DNA of 64,000 bases from Octopus bimaculoides. Its lineage: Eukaryota. Below the pieces are notes generated by a model. That model ran no database searches. It saw only the letters and a list, made by a program, of their open reading frames with translations, and was not told the origin of the DNA. Made by a program: the position numbers and the translations under genes. Below, piece after piece: positions 11,858 to 23,745 of the stretch. Position 1 is the first letter of the stretch; each line of letters starts with the position of its first letter. The stretch lies in assembly GCF_001194135.2 (NCBI RefSeq), contig NC_068993.1, positions 16,682,272 to 16,746,271 of the forward strand, given 5' to 3'.

Positions 11858-11900
11858 TATATATATATATATATAGATAGATAGATATAGATATATATGT
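11795..11900. repeat. (TA)n/(TAGA)n microsatellite
   Basis: Seen directly. Confidence 0.95.
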
Positions 11901-12443
11901 GTGTGTGTGTATATGTAATATGTCTATGTGTGTGTGATCAATATATATATGTGTGTATGTGTATCATACACACGCATATATGAGATGAATGAAACAAACC
12001 AAAATTGATTCTCAAAGGATAACTTTGACATGTGATATTAACCATTATCTAACTCTTCTTTTCTCTACTAGAAATCTAATTTTCTGCATACGTATAACAT
12101 TCTGTGCCATTTCTGTTTGATAGTCTGTCAGTCTGGATTCTTCGTTGTCAAATTTTTTGGCATGATACACGTGATAAACATTTTCTTCATTTGCACATAC
12201 GACTTTTTTTTGTTTTTTCCCCCCTTCTTTATCTTTTATTTCCATCAATAGCCACATAGTCGTGTCTGGTTATGAAGTTTTTGTGAATCAGGAAATTACA
12301 CATTTGATTCCACTGAACAGGACTTAGGCAAATGCCTAGTACCAAACCAAAACATCTAAGGAAATTTGGTAGATGGAAACCCTATAGAAACTCATTCAAC
12401 CTCTTTTTTCATTTATCTTTTAGTCAGGCAGGAAGGCCATGCC

Positions 12444-12700
12444 CATGACCTTTTATAGGTCGTGGGCCATGACCATTTATATGTCATAGGCACTGCTATG
12501 ACCTTTTAAAGGTCATGGGCATTGCTATGCCCTTTTATAAGCCATAGACACTGCCTTTTGTAGGTCATAAACACTGTCATGACCTTTTATAGGTCAAGGG
12601 CAATACCATGACCGTTTGTAGGTTATTGGCACCATTGTGATCGTTTATAAGTCATGAGCACTGCCAGATTTTTTATAGGTCATGGACACTGCCCTGACTT
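12444..12700. repeat. 29-bp minisatellite, 9 units plus a partial, each unit an inverted repeat
   Basis: Consensus CATGACC-TTTTATA-GGTCATG-GGCACTGC. Units start near 12444, 12468, 12497, 12526, 12555, 12578, 12607, 12636, 12665 and 12693. Confidence 0.9.
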
Positions 12701-13269
12701 ATGGAAGGGAAGGAGAAAAGTATCATGAAACTAGAGAGCTGGTCCAAATACAACAGAATGGGCTCTTGCTACAGGCATTCAAGAGCCAGTTTGTGATGTT
12801 AAACCTGGTGATAGATTAAGTCCACCCCTGACCAGGACAAACTTTAACGAGTCATGGTTTCTCCTTCTTCACCTTATCAGTCTTTGAGGCCTGAGCCGTT
12901 GCCTAGGTCATATCTTGCCCTACTTCCTATTTTCCTCTTTTACTTGATTATGCTAGAGAACTATATTCAAGTCAGTTACCTTGATTCTCCCCCTAGTTCT
13001 TAGTTCAATGCTCACATAATTGATATGTATTTATCAAATGGCTGGATTAACTTATTTCATATTTGTCATATCCTTTTTGTGAGATAGTAGAGTTTAATGT
13101 GAGGGATGTTTGGTTGCTATTTTGAGCTTGTGGGACAACCATGTAGAGGCTGTTTCGAAATGATTTGGTCATGCACAGTGCTGACCATTGACTGGATTCT
13201 AACTCCCTGTTGCCTCAGTATATTGTAGCTTTCTGTGAGATAGAGAGAAGTGAAATGAAATTTCAGGAG

Positions 13270-13510
13270 TCAAGAACTAAACTATCATCACCATCATCAT
13301 CTCTATCATCATTTAATGACCCTTTTTCCATGCTGATTTGGGTTGAACTGTTTGACAGGAACCGACAAGCCAGACAACTGTGCTGAGTTCTGATGTCTAC
13401 TTTGGCACAACTTCTGTAGCTCGATGCCTTTTCCGATGCCAACCTCTCAGCAGATAGTACTAGGTACTTTGTGACACCAGCACTAGTGAGGTCACCAAAT
13501 ACCCACAAGA
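13270..13510 (-). mobile_element. RTE LINE 3' end (3' UTR with CAT-type tail), 5'-truncated
   Basis: Similar to 31645-32010 and 33040-33400, where this sequence directly follows the end of the RTE ORF. Confidence 0.65.
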
Positions 13511-13933
13511 CAAAGAGTACTCTTGCACAATTTCCCTCAGTTACGATAATTTACGATGTGTACATTATGTACATCAATAAAATGGTTTTTTTACCAGAGA
13601 TATAGCAAATGCAGAGAAGGCTATGCTTTGCTGTAGTGATCTAATAAAATCAAAATGTGTCCAGTTTTCTTCCTTATTCACCAAAGTCAGATTATATTTA
13701 GATTAATTAGTCATTGAATAAATGTTTTCTTCTCACTACATAAAGTTTTAATTAAATTTGTTTTCCTCATTATATCAATTATGATGGCTGTAACTTAACA
13801 GTTATGTTTCTAAACCATCACCTGATTATTTATGCAGATATAAAATTTATTCAATGTACACAGCAGCTGTTACTGTTACAAAAATGTGTTATATTGGTGT
13901 ATGTTACACTGATATAAAAGTGGGTGGTTATGC

Positions 13934-14028
<95 letters not shown>

Positions 14029-14038
14029 CACATACATA

Positions 14039-15318
14039 CAGGGTGCAGTGAATAAATTGTCATCTAAATTATGCAAAAATGAAAATAACATTGACATCTC
14101 ATTTTAACAGCTATATTTACTAAAATTACATAAAAATATCTTGAAATATTAAAGAGTGAAATTATTCAATAAAATCGCCATTGGCTTCAACCACAGCCTC
14201 CAGATGACGACTTTGGAATCTCTTGCAACTCTTCTGGATGGTCTCCTTGTTTAAGTTGGTGAATGCTGCTATAATCTTTGCCTTCAGTTTATTTTTGGTG
14301 TTACAAGGAGTTTTGTTGGTCTCTTGCTCAAGTGCACTCCACACATAATAATCAAGAGGGTTATAGTCTGGGCAGTTAGGTGGCCAGATGTTAGGGGTGT
14401 TGTTGTTGCAGAAATTGTCTGACAGCCATAACTGGGTTCTTCTGCTTGTGTGGCATGGTGCAGAGTTCTGTTGCTAGACAGAGGGTCTTCCAGTAGTCAC
14501 CCTCTTGATCCAAAGCAACACTACCCCCTCCAGGCACTTGATGTACACCTTTGTGTTGAGTCTGAGAGTGTGTAGGAAGATGAATGGGGGCATAATGTCA
14601 CCACCACTAGTGATCACTCCAAGCACCATGATGTTGACTGAATGTTTGATTTTTATCACTCTCAGTACTTGTTTTGGGGACATGGCAAACGAACGGTTGT
14701 TCTGTGTGTTCACCATCTGATCCTGGTAGAAATTTTTCTCATCTAGGAAAAACCAAAGCATGTTCAGCTAGAGGGGATGCTTGAGTTTGTTCAAAAGCTT
14801 CGTAGCGTGGTCTTTCCTCTTGTCCTCAATGGCTTAGGATAAAAACTGTCCCTTTCTCTTGTATGAAGAATACCGAATGTCTTCATGCACTACCTGCCTG
14901 ATAAGAAACTCAGACACTACCATGTCCCTGGCGATGGACCTCATTGGCTTAGAGGGATCGTTGTCAATCATGGCCTGGATCTCACCAACAAATTCAGGAG
15001 TTCTTATCAGAATGATTAGAGTGAGTTTTCTGAGCTGCCATCAGACTCATCCAACTCTTTCTGAATCCTCTACACTGTCCTCAGATGGACACCCAAACAC
15101 TCTGAAAGGTTTGTATTGGAGCTTCCAGTACAAATCCCAAGCAGTACAGTATGTTATTTCCAAATTTTTGGCAGAGTGAATTGCATCATAGTGCTGTATT
15201 TCTCACAAATGGTGCTCAGCTAACCCTATTAAACTGTATGGTTGACAAAATCAAAAACAAGCAATGTGCATGTGTGAAATTAAAAATATAAAATGGCAAC
15301 AGTTTACCCATCACACTG
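14039..15318 (-). mobile_element. Tc1/mariner DD37D (maT) transposon, near full length (1280 bp), dead
   Basis: TA|CAGGGTG at the left end and CACACTG|TA at the right, with short degenerate TIRs and a transposase remnant inside. Confidence 0.85.
14158..15190 (-). pseudogene. DD37D transposase pseudogene
   Basis: Reads RTPEFVGEIQAMIDNDPSKPMRSIARD...WFFLDEKNF...V*QQNSAPCH...WPPNCPDYNPLDYYVW...LEAVVEANGDFIE. There are 37 residues between the second catalytic position (now N) and the third D, plus stops and frameshifts. Confidence 0.9.
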
Positions 15319-15496
15319 TATATATATTTGTGTAACACTTGTAAACTCATAAAGGAGCATGTATAACAATTATAGAAAAATATTTGTGTGTGCATGTGCA
15401 TGTGTGTGTAACTATTGTTGGTATGTGTATGTTTGTATATATATATATATATATACATATATATATAATAGAATTTTAATATTTTGATAAAGTATA

Positions 15497-15700
15497 AGGT
15501 GGTGAGATGGCCAAATCCTTAGCATGCTGGGCAAAATGCTCAGTGGCATTTCATCCATCTTTATGTTTTGAGTTAAAATTCCACTGAGGTCAACTTTAGC
15601 TTTCGTTCTTTCAAGGTTGATAAAATAAGTACCAGTTGCGCACTGCGGTTGATGTAATCAATTTGCCCACCACTTGGAAATTGCTGTCCTTCTGCTAAAA
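15497..15700 (+). mobile_element. tRNA-headed SINE, family B
   Basis: Head 'ggtggtgagatggccaaatccttagc', B-box-like 'gagttaaaattcc' and body 'gataaaataagtaccagttg'. Related copies lie near 3545, 17768, 18170, 43085, 43480, 47535, 53870 and 58850. Confidence 0.75.
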
Positions 15701-17767
15701 TTTTAAAATTTTAATGAAGTATGTATTTTATCTCTCATATTCTGTGTGTGTATATGTAAGTCACCAGTATAAGTAAGACTTTGTGTGTGTGTGTGTGTGT
15801 GGTACCATTATAAGTGAATTGTTGTTATTTAACCCTAAGTTGACCCTGATTGAGAAGACCTATGATGAAAAATATTCCAGGCAGTGACCATTCTACAGTT
15901 TTCATATCCGGGATAACATTGTCCAATGTAGCCTTCTCTTTTTAAAGTAGTAGGTTGCAATTTGTGGAAATGTGATTTCTATTTCTAGTTACTCAAGAGA
16001 CTTCAAAGAGTTGTGTGATATTTTTTTGTATCTTCTATGAGAAAGTATATTTCTCTCATCTTTGTGAACGTACATAGTGTGTGTATGCTTGCATGATACA
16101 TATATATACTTGTGTGTGTGTTGTTAACTTTATAAATCAAAAAGAGAGTAGTCAAAAAAATATAGAGAGAATTTATCAGTGAGTACAAAAATTAGATTAA
16201 CAGAGAGCAGGATTTGACATTAGCTTGTTGATAATCTTTTACGATGGATTAGTTTATGATCTTAAAGTAAATCTTACTTGATCTTTAGATCATATGCTTT
16301 AAGAATTTGTAAATTTCTTTCACTCTGTAATGATTTTTCTTCCATCTTTTTAATAACTAAGAATTCGCTCTGTTGGAACTCATATGGAATCTATAAATCT
16401 CTAGGCAATAAAAATATATATATATATATATTCAAAACTTATAATTGAAAACTAATTGATGAAATAAGTGTCAAATTTATAGGCTGATGTTTAAATGGGT
16501 TAGTCTTTTGGAAAGATATTCTGATTATTCTGAACATTTGTGAGTGTGTGAAGATTAGTGAGTATGTGTATGTGTGAAAAGAAAAACTGTTTTCCTGGTT
16601 TTTATATTGATAATATTCTTTCTTGTATTAATTTAGAAAATAACTTCATATTTATTTTAATTTAGTGGGTCTTTTGAAAGTGAAGAAGGGTAATAAGAGA
16701 GATTTGTTGTTGTGGTTGTTGAACATTTAGCATTTGATTGAACAGCCTTCCATTCTTAACCACTCAGTTATTCTAGTTGTGACGACTCCATCTTACTTCT
16801 TCTTTTCAAATTGTGTATCTCATACCATATTATCCAATGATTTCTTTCATTTTTTAAAAAAATGGTAGGGTGTGATTTGCAGTTGGTTTGACTGTTGTTT
16901 CTAACATCACAAATGACTACATGGAAGCTCCTTTCCACTTCTCTAAATTGGAACAAATCTGTTCATTAATTTCCTATAAAATAATTTTGGAGAATAAACC
17001 CCTTGAGAGATGTCATGTTGACAAGTAAAATATGGTGACTGCAAGAGTTAAAAGTAATCTTATCCACCATCACAAACCACTTAAGCTACTACAGTTTGCC
17101 TTAAAAGCAAATTACAACCACATAAATTTTTCTTCAAGCTACAAATCGTTTTTTTGTTTTGTTTTTTTTTTTTGTTTTTGTTTTTTTGTTTTTTGCTGTT
17201 TGTAGAAAAAGGGTCTTGAAGTCAGTCAAATTAATCCCTTATTTTATCATTTAGGAAAGAATAAAATCATAAAGAGCAAAGTTGGCTCCTGTACTATTTG
17301 AAATTGCTTTCTTTTTTTCTTTTTCTTTTTTGAAAAAATATTAGTTTAGTTTGACTTTGAAAGCCCTCAGAGACTTGCAAGATCAATACAATTAATGTTC
17401 CTCTTGAAGAGTTGCAAGCTGAATAATATGGAGTATGCCGGTGGAGGGAAGAATTCCACTAGGTCAACATTTCTAGAGAGAAAGAACTGGACATAATGGT
17501 TAATGTAGGGACTGACATGAGGAGGGTGTTGGACACATTGGGGGTGGCAAAAGGAACAGATAGAAGTGAAGTAGGAGTGAGAGAGTGGAGGTGGCATGAG
17601 ATGACCTAATTCTGAAGAGCAGAGACCATTGTAGTATCAGTAGAAAAGCAAAGTGAGGAAATAGCAGCTCTGTTGGGTAGCAAAATCTTCCAATCATGAT
17701 ATTGTACAACATCTGTCATCATTCTCTATCTTGTCTTTGTTACTTTTAATAATCCTTTCTATCATAG

Positions 17768-17930
17768 ACACAAGGCCTGAAGTTTTGCTGGAGGAGACTA
17801 GTCAATTACATCCACTCCAGAATTTCCCTGGTTCTTAATTTATCGACCCTGAAAGGACGAAAGGCAAAGTCGACCTTGACAGAATTTGAACTCAGAATGT
17901 AGTGATGGGTGAAATACCACTTTGTTACCT
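17768..17930 (-). mobile_element. SINE family B
   Basis: 'gaccctgaaaggacgaaaggcaaagtcgaccttgacagaatttgaactcagaatgt' is the reverse complement of the family B head and body. Confidence 0.8.
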
Positions 17931-18001
17931 TTAATAATAAAGATATTTTCTTCTATAATTATAAGCAATTCTTCTATAAGTATTAGCAATATATATAATA
18001 T

Positions 18002-18036
<35 letters not shown>

Positions 18037-18302
18037 TTACATATATATATATATATATATATAAAAGTGCATTTGAAATCACTTTGCAAACGCTGTTTGA
18101 TAAGAATCTTTTTCACTATGTAACATTTATCTCCCTATCATAATAATAGTCATAATTCTTTCGAATATAGACACAAGGCCTGAAATTTGATGGGAAAGAG
18201 GAACAGTCAATTATATTGACCTCCAGTAGTTAACTGGTACTTCTGACCCTGGGAAGATGATTAAGTTTTAACTATGGCACATGATGAACACATTGTGTAG
18301 AA

Positions 18303-18580
18303 CAGGGCTGGCCTGCAGACTTTTATTTTGCGGCCGCTTGATATTTTCTTGAAATGGGTTTATTTAAACAAACATTTAAAAAGAATTATCAAAAATTAAA
18401 GATTGTAATGAAAAGTAAAAAAGAAAGATACGACTGTTTTTGCAACAATAATATTTCATGTTGAATCAGTGACCATTCATTCATTATTGTGATAATAGAA
18501 TGAGAAAGCAAAATGCTTTCAGTTCTGTCAGTATACAAGCAGCCCTCAAAAAAACTTCCTCTGATTAAAGTGGCTTGCAA
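18303..18580 (-). pseudogene. Possible terminal fragment of a hAT (Charlie/SPIN-like) element with a decayed transposase C-terminus
   Basis: Terminal-like 'cagggctggcctgc...gcggccgc'. The minus frame ending LIQHEILLLQKQSYLS weakly recalls hAT C-termini. Confidence 0.3.
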
Positions 18581-18996
18581 TGTAATTCAAGTTGGCCAGG
18601 CCTGATGTAGAATAAGGGACAGTTAATTATATCAACCCTAGTACTTCAGTGGTGCTTATTTTATCACTCTCAGAAGCAAGTTAAAAGTATGATCCCTGTG
18701 CAATTAGAACTCAGACTATAAGAAAAAATAACTAAACACTGCAAGGATTTTTTGTTTGTCCTGATCTACTTAGAAACTGATAACTGGCAAATCAGCAGAG
18801 TTGTGGACAAAATACTTAGTATTTAGTTATTCCCCTGTATGTTCTGAGTTCTAATCTCACAATTGTCAACTTTGTTATGCTTTTGAGGTTGATAAATTAA
18901 GTCACACAAAAATACAGGGGTTAATAAAAATCAACTGTAACTCTCCTACACAATTTGTAGCAACATGTCCCATGGGCGACCATTGACTTTATTTAT

Positions 18997-19345
18997 AAGC
19001 ACAGGCATAGCCTTGTGTTTAAGAACCTTGCTTTGTAATGATGTGGTTTCAAGTTTGATATTGCTTAGCAGCTTGGGCAAGTATTTTCTACTATAGCTCC
19101 AAGCCAACCAATGCTTTGTAAGTGAGAATGGTTGACAGAAACTGTGTGGAAGCCTGTTATATATGTGGTGCAGGTTCCCCTTCACCACTGCATGACGGCC
19201 CCCATAATTTAGTGGTTCGACAAAAGAGACCACTAGAATAAGCACCAGACTTAAAAATAAATACTGGGGTTGATTTGGCCAACTAAAACCCGTCAGGGTA
19301 ATGCCCCAACATGGCCACAATCCAATAACTGAAACAAGTAAAAAT
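18997..19345 (+). mobile_element. SINE family A, diverged
   Basis: Head, core 'gcagcttgggcaagtattttctactatagc' and tail are present. Confidence 0.75.
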
Positions 19346-21184
19346 ATAAATGATATTGCCTGTAATAGAAATTATTATCCATTCAGCTGAATCAGACGCC
19401 ATTATTTTTCAGAAATGATCCTCAAATGCATAGCATGACATACTCCCAGCAGTGGGTCTCTCTACTCTATGATTTTCTTCACAGTTGATCTCTCTATTGT
19501 ATTATGCTCCCAATAGTGAATCTTTTTTTATTGTTTGATACTGTAAATGGCAATGATAACATTCGTAATGATTTCATGATTATGGTACATTTGATGACTT
19601 ATTTATTTAGCTGATGATGATTTATATATTATTTTATTTGATAATTTGTGAATAATAGCATTATTGAACTCCAGTGGGATAATAACAGGCTCCCTGCTTT
19701 GTCCAGTGGTGAGTGTGACACAGCAGTGCCTAATTCAATCCAGAACAAATACTGATATTGTAAAAGATATCATTTGTGAAACACTTGTTTTTAGAAATTT
19801 TTTTCTTTTCTTTTCTTCATTGATATTTACATCCATAACTGGTATACATTGACAAAAGATAAACGAATGAATATACATACACACAACAGGCTACCCCCAA
19901 GAGTCTGTCTATCAAATTTTAGCAAAGTATTGGTCATTCTGAGGTTATCATAGAATATACTTGCTCTAACTGGAAACATCATTGTTGCAGAGTAAATTTT
20001 TTAACCATGCCATCAACATAACAGAAAGGAAATGAATATTTGCACTATTCATGCTTTTTTTATAAGACTTTAAATGCAGCAAATGAAATTACTCTTATTG
20101 AAATCCGAAGGTGGAAGTTTCTGCATGGTTGTTCCACCTACTAAAATGAACAGCCAAATTTCTCTCAGATTTCACCCTACCATCTTAGAAATGGAAAAAG
20201 ACTTCTGTATCCAAGATAATGTAGTTCTGGATGCCTGAAAAAAGGAAAAAAAACCTAGATGATCACAGCATAACCCTTTGTGTTTAAACCATATTCAATT
20301 TAAATATTCTTACTGTTTTATGTTTAGTCAGACTAGATCTGGCTTCTCACACCTATCCTACCATGTCATTATAGAAACAAACAATCACCTCAAGATAATG
20401 CATGATTAATTTGAAACAACGTGGATAAATAAGCATTGCATTTGACAGAGTAATCTGAATACTAAAGCGTTAAACGCATTTTTTGTTTATTTCCTTTTAA
20501 ATTGTTTAGTCAATAGAAAGAGCATCACAGACTCTCTCTGGGACTGATGAGACTGATGTGGTAGATGTTCATCTTTGACAGTTGTCAGTCAGCAACAGCA
20601 GGAAATATATATACAAGGAAGGTTTGACACTCTGGAGTGGAAAGATTGAGCTTTGTGGTTTGGTCGAGAAAGATGAAACAGAATGAAAGAAGATAGATGG
20701 AGGCCTGCATGTATCAGACAGACATGGGTGGCAATGATATGCAATTAGTTAGCTTTCAGGAGCAGAGGCCAGTGTGCTTACTGCAGAGAAAGCAGTGTGA
20801 AGCAACAAGGTATTTGTGGATAATAGATTGATCATGTCTGCTGAATCAAATCTTATCTCAGGCATACTGTATATTGTATTATATTGTGATGACTTGGAAA
20901 AACAAAAACAAGAAACATTGGAAAAATTAAATGTGAAATGGCCTTGGGTTTGAGCTCAGAATGTAATGGGACATAACTGAATACTTCAAGGCATTTTTGG
21001 TCACCACTATTGATTCTGCTACTCACTTGATATTAGAGTGGAAAATTTTCTTAATACTGTGAATGATAAAAGGGAAACAACATTTTGAAAACATGAAAGG
21101 GGAAAAAGTAGCTAGCATTAAAGGTATTTACTAAGAGACAATATATTCTGAGTGCATTATGTGAACACTGCTCATCCATAGAAG

Positions 21185-21339
21185 CATAAGTGCAGGAACA
21201 AAATTTGCTTAAGGGGTGAAAACCCAGCTCCAGCCCAGGATGTTCAAAATGTTTGCATGACCCCACCACCACTCCCTGCCCACAAGAATTTTAGGGAGTG
21301 GGTTTGCACCCCGCTTCACCACCTGTTCCTGGGCCTATG
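21185..21339. mobile_element. 155-bp MITE with an 8-bp TSD (hAT-like)
   Basis: TIRs CATAAGTGCAGGAAC / GTTCCTGGGCCTATG match 12/15. TSD CATAGAAG / CACAGAAG matches 7/8. Confidence 0.75.
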
Positions 21340-21579
21340 CACAGAAGAGGTTAATATTTTTAAAATAATAATTCTGTTCTTGCAGTACCATAGTATAATC
21401 TAGGTGTAATTTGTTTTTAAATCTCAGAACATTCACTCAGAAACAAAGAGAAAGACAAGTCAAAGTTATATTAGGTATAGAAATAGTCTAACGTTTGTAT
21501 GTTTATTTTTGAGCAATACTTATGCCAGAATAGTAGGTTCAGTGAAGTAATGCATCTTTTGACAACAACCATTGTACAC

Positions 21580-21790
21580 CACTGGTATTGTCCAGTGTGT
21601 GCAGGAGAATCAGCTATGCTGGTTGGTGGTAGACTATGCAAATAAACAGAACATGCTGCGTGAAAAAGTATTGTGAGTTGATGAGAAATATGGCAGGCAA
21701 GTCTAAAGTAGAGAAAAGTGTTGAAGGCAGATATGAAAACGATGTGTCATATGTGTCAAGTTAATACAGGACAGAGAAGAATGAAAATAT
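21580..21790 (+). pseudogene. Very decayed RTE 3' ORF fragment
   Basis: IVQCVQENQLCW resembles the ..VQERRLRW region seen better preserved at 26030-26490. Confidence 0.35.
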
Positions 21791-22149
21791 ATTCCTATAA
21801 TGTAGATCTGTCCAATACAGACAAGCATGATCAATAGCGCAGTTGAATATTTTTTTTTTTTTTTTTTTTTACTGGTTTCAGTTATTGGACATGCTGGAGC
21901 AAATTTCACCTTTTAGTTCTTTCCATCCCCAGAATTTATTTCAGTTTGGTATTTTATTGATCACTTCATCAAACAGCTAAGTCATCTTTTGATACACAGG
22001 AAAATAACTTCACAGTCACAAACAACACACATACACACGCACACACACACACGCACACACACACACACACACACACAACACACACACATGAAACAAAAAT
22101 GTGCAAAGAAAAATAACTCAGAATGGCCATTGGCATATGTATGAACAAC

Positions 22150-22740
22150 ATGCACAAATGCAGTTACATCAAATACCATCTCGTTTCTTCCCATCTTCTT
22201 CACCTACTTATTCCTGGGAGGGTGTGGTGGGTGGAATCCTTCAGCACACTTTCCATTGAGTCCTGTCAGAAGCAGCCATCTCTAATTAATCCAACTGAGC
22301 TCATGAATGTTGTTATCCAACCATCTTACTTGTAGTTTACCCCTGGGTCTCCTTCTGGTTGGTTTTGCTTGTAAAACCTGTCCAGCAATTCTTTCCTTAG
22401 ACATTCTTACCACATATCTGTAGTACTGGAGCTGTGATCTCCCGATCTGGAGAAGTTTTAGCTCTGCCTGGAGCACCTCTCTGATCTCCATCTTATGCAG
22501 TCTACTGAGTAAAATTGCTTCAAAAACACTTCATAGGAACCCCATTTCAGTCATTAGCCAAGATTCAGGGTCATAGGTAAGGGTAGGCATGGACACTGAA
22601 TTTGAAGATTCTTGCACCTTCTTGACAACACCTGACTGCATATTACGACCTTCATACCTCTCTTTCCTTTGCTCTACCATCACATCTATGCTCTGATCCT
22701 TGTTACTTGTGAGTATACCCTGGCACTTAACCATCTCACT
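22150..22740 (-). pseudogene. Rex3/Expander-like RTE LINE 3' ORF fragment
   Basis: Reads MPTLTYDPESWLMTEMGFL...IREVLQAELKLLQIGRSQLQYYRYVVRMSKERIAGQVLQAKPTRRRPRGK...VRWLD. Confidence 0.8.
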
Positions 22741-22857
22741 CCTACTCTCTCTTACACTTTTGCTATTTCCTACTCTCTTCCCTCTGTCTGGGTAGCCACA
22801 TATCTCCTCTACAGCAGCACATCTATTTCTGCTCATTCTTGCTCTCCCTCCCTCCCT

Positions 22858-22903
<46 letters not shown>

Positions 22904-23154
22904 CTGAGTAACCATGTACTTATACTACAGCATGTACTATAGCAAGACACTTATTTTTGCCTCCCTATTTCTTGGCCACACACTAACCTTTCATTATCTG
23001 ATACTGGATCACCTCCTCCAATGCCCCCTCCCTTATAGCAAGACACCTTTTTCTGCCTCTCTGTCTCTTTGTAACCCTCTAACCTTTCATCCTCTGACAC
23101 AAGTTCCTCCCACTCAAATGCTCTTGCCTCTCTCGTAATTCCTTGTTTTGCGAG

Positions 23155-23420
23155 TTATTTGGTGACCCTGCTAGTGCTGTTGCTACATAAAAAGTATTCG
23201 GTTCTCAATGTGAGGTGGTTGGTATTATTTGGAAGGTCATTCAGTTGTAAAAATTAACCTCACATGTGCTAGTACCATGTAAAAAGCACTGAGTCCACTC
23301 TGCAGAATGGTTGGTGTTAGGAAGGACATCCAGCCATAAAAACCCTGCCAAAACAGAGTAGCATAGGGTAGTTTTTCTACCTAGCCAGCTCCTGTGAACT
23401 GTCCTACCTGTGCATGCTTG
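23155..23420 (+). mobile_element. RTE LINE 3' UTR fragments
   Basis: 'ggttggtgttaggaaggacatccagcc' block, as at 33240. Confidence 0.6.
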
Positions 23421-23479
23421 GTGGAGTCCAACACCTACATTGAATGGTTTTGATTTAGTACCATTTATTCAAGCACAAA

Positions 23480-23745
23480 TACTTCAAGGGACTTCAAGCC
23501 AACAAGAACCTGTCCATTGATCCCATACTTCTGCAGAATGTTTTATAACAACTCCTGTGAAACACTGGCAAAGAGATGTAGGGATACTACCGAGTCCATG
23601 CTAGCTGATGAACAGAGTGGTTTTCTCCTCAGATGCAGCACAGTAGACCAAGCATTCACCTTCCGCAAGCATTTGAGAAATCACAGGAACATTGCCAAGA
23701 ATTGTATGTTTGTTTTATAGACCTCAAAAAGGAATCAAATAGAAT
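23480..23745 (+). pseudogene. RTE-clade reverse transcriptase fragment (N-terminal RT subdomains)
   Basis: Reads ESMLADEQSGFLLRCSTVDQAFTFRKHL, then after a frameshift LYVCFIDLKK, matching EQ.GFR..RST.DQ.F.L and F(V/I)DL.KA. Confidence 0.8.

Noticed and set aside
12444-12700. CRISPR-like appearance of palindromic repeats
   Set aside because: Linkers are 8 nt and conserved rather than unique spacers, there are no cas genes, and the context is eukaryotic.
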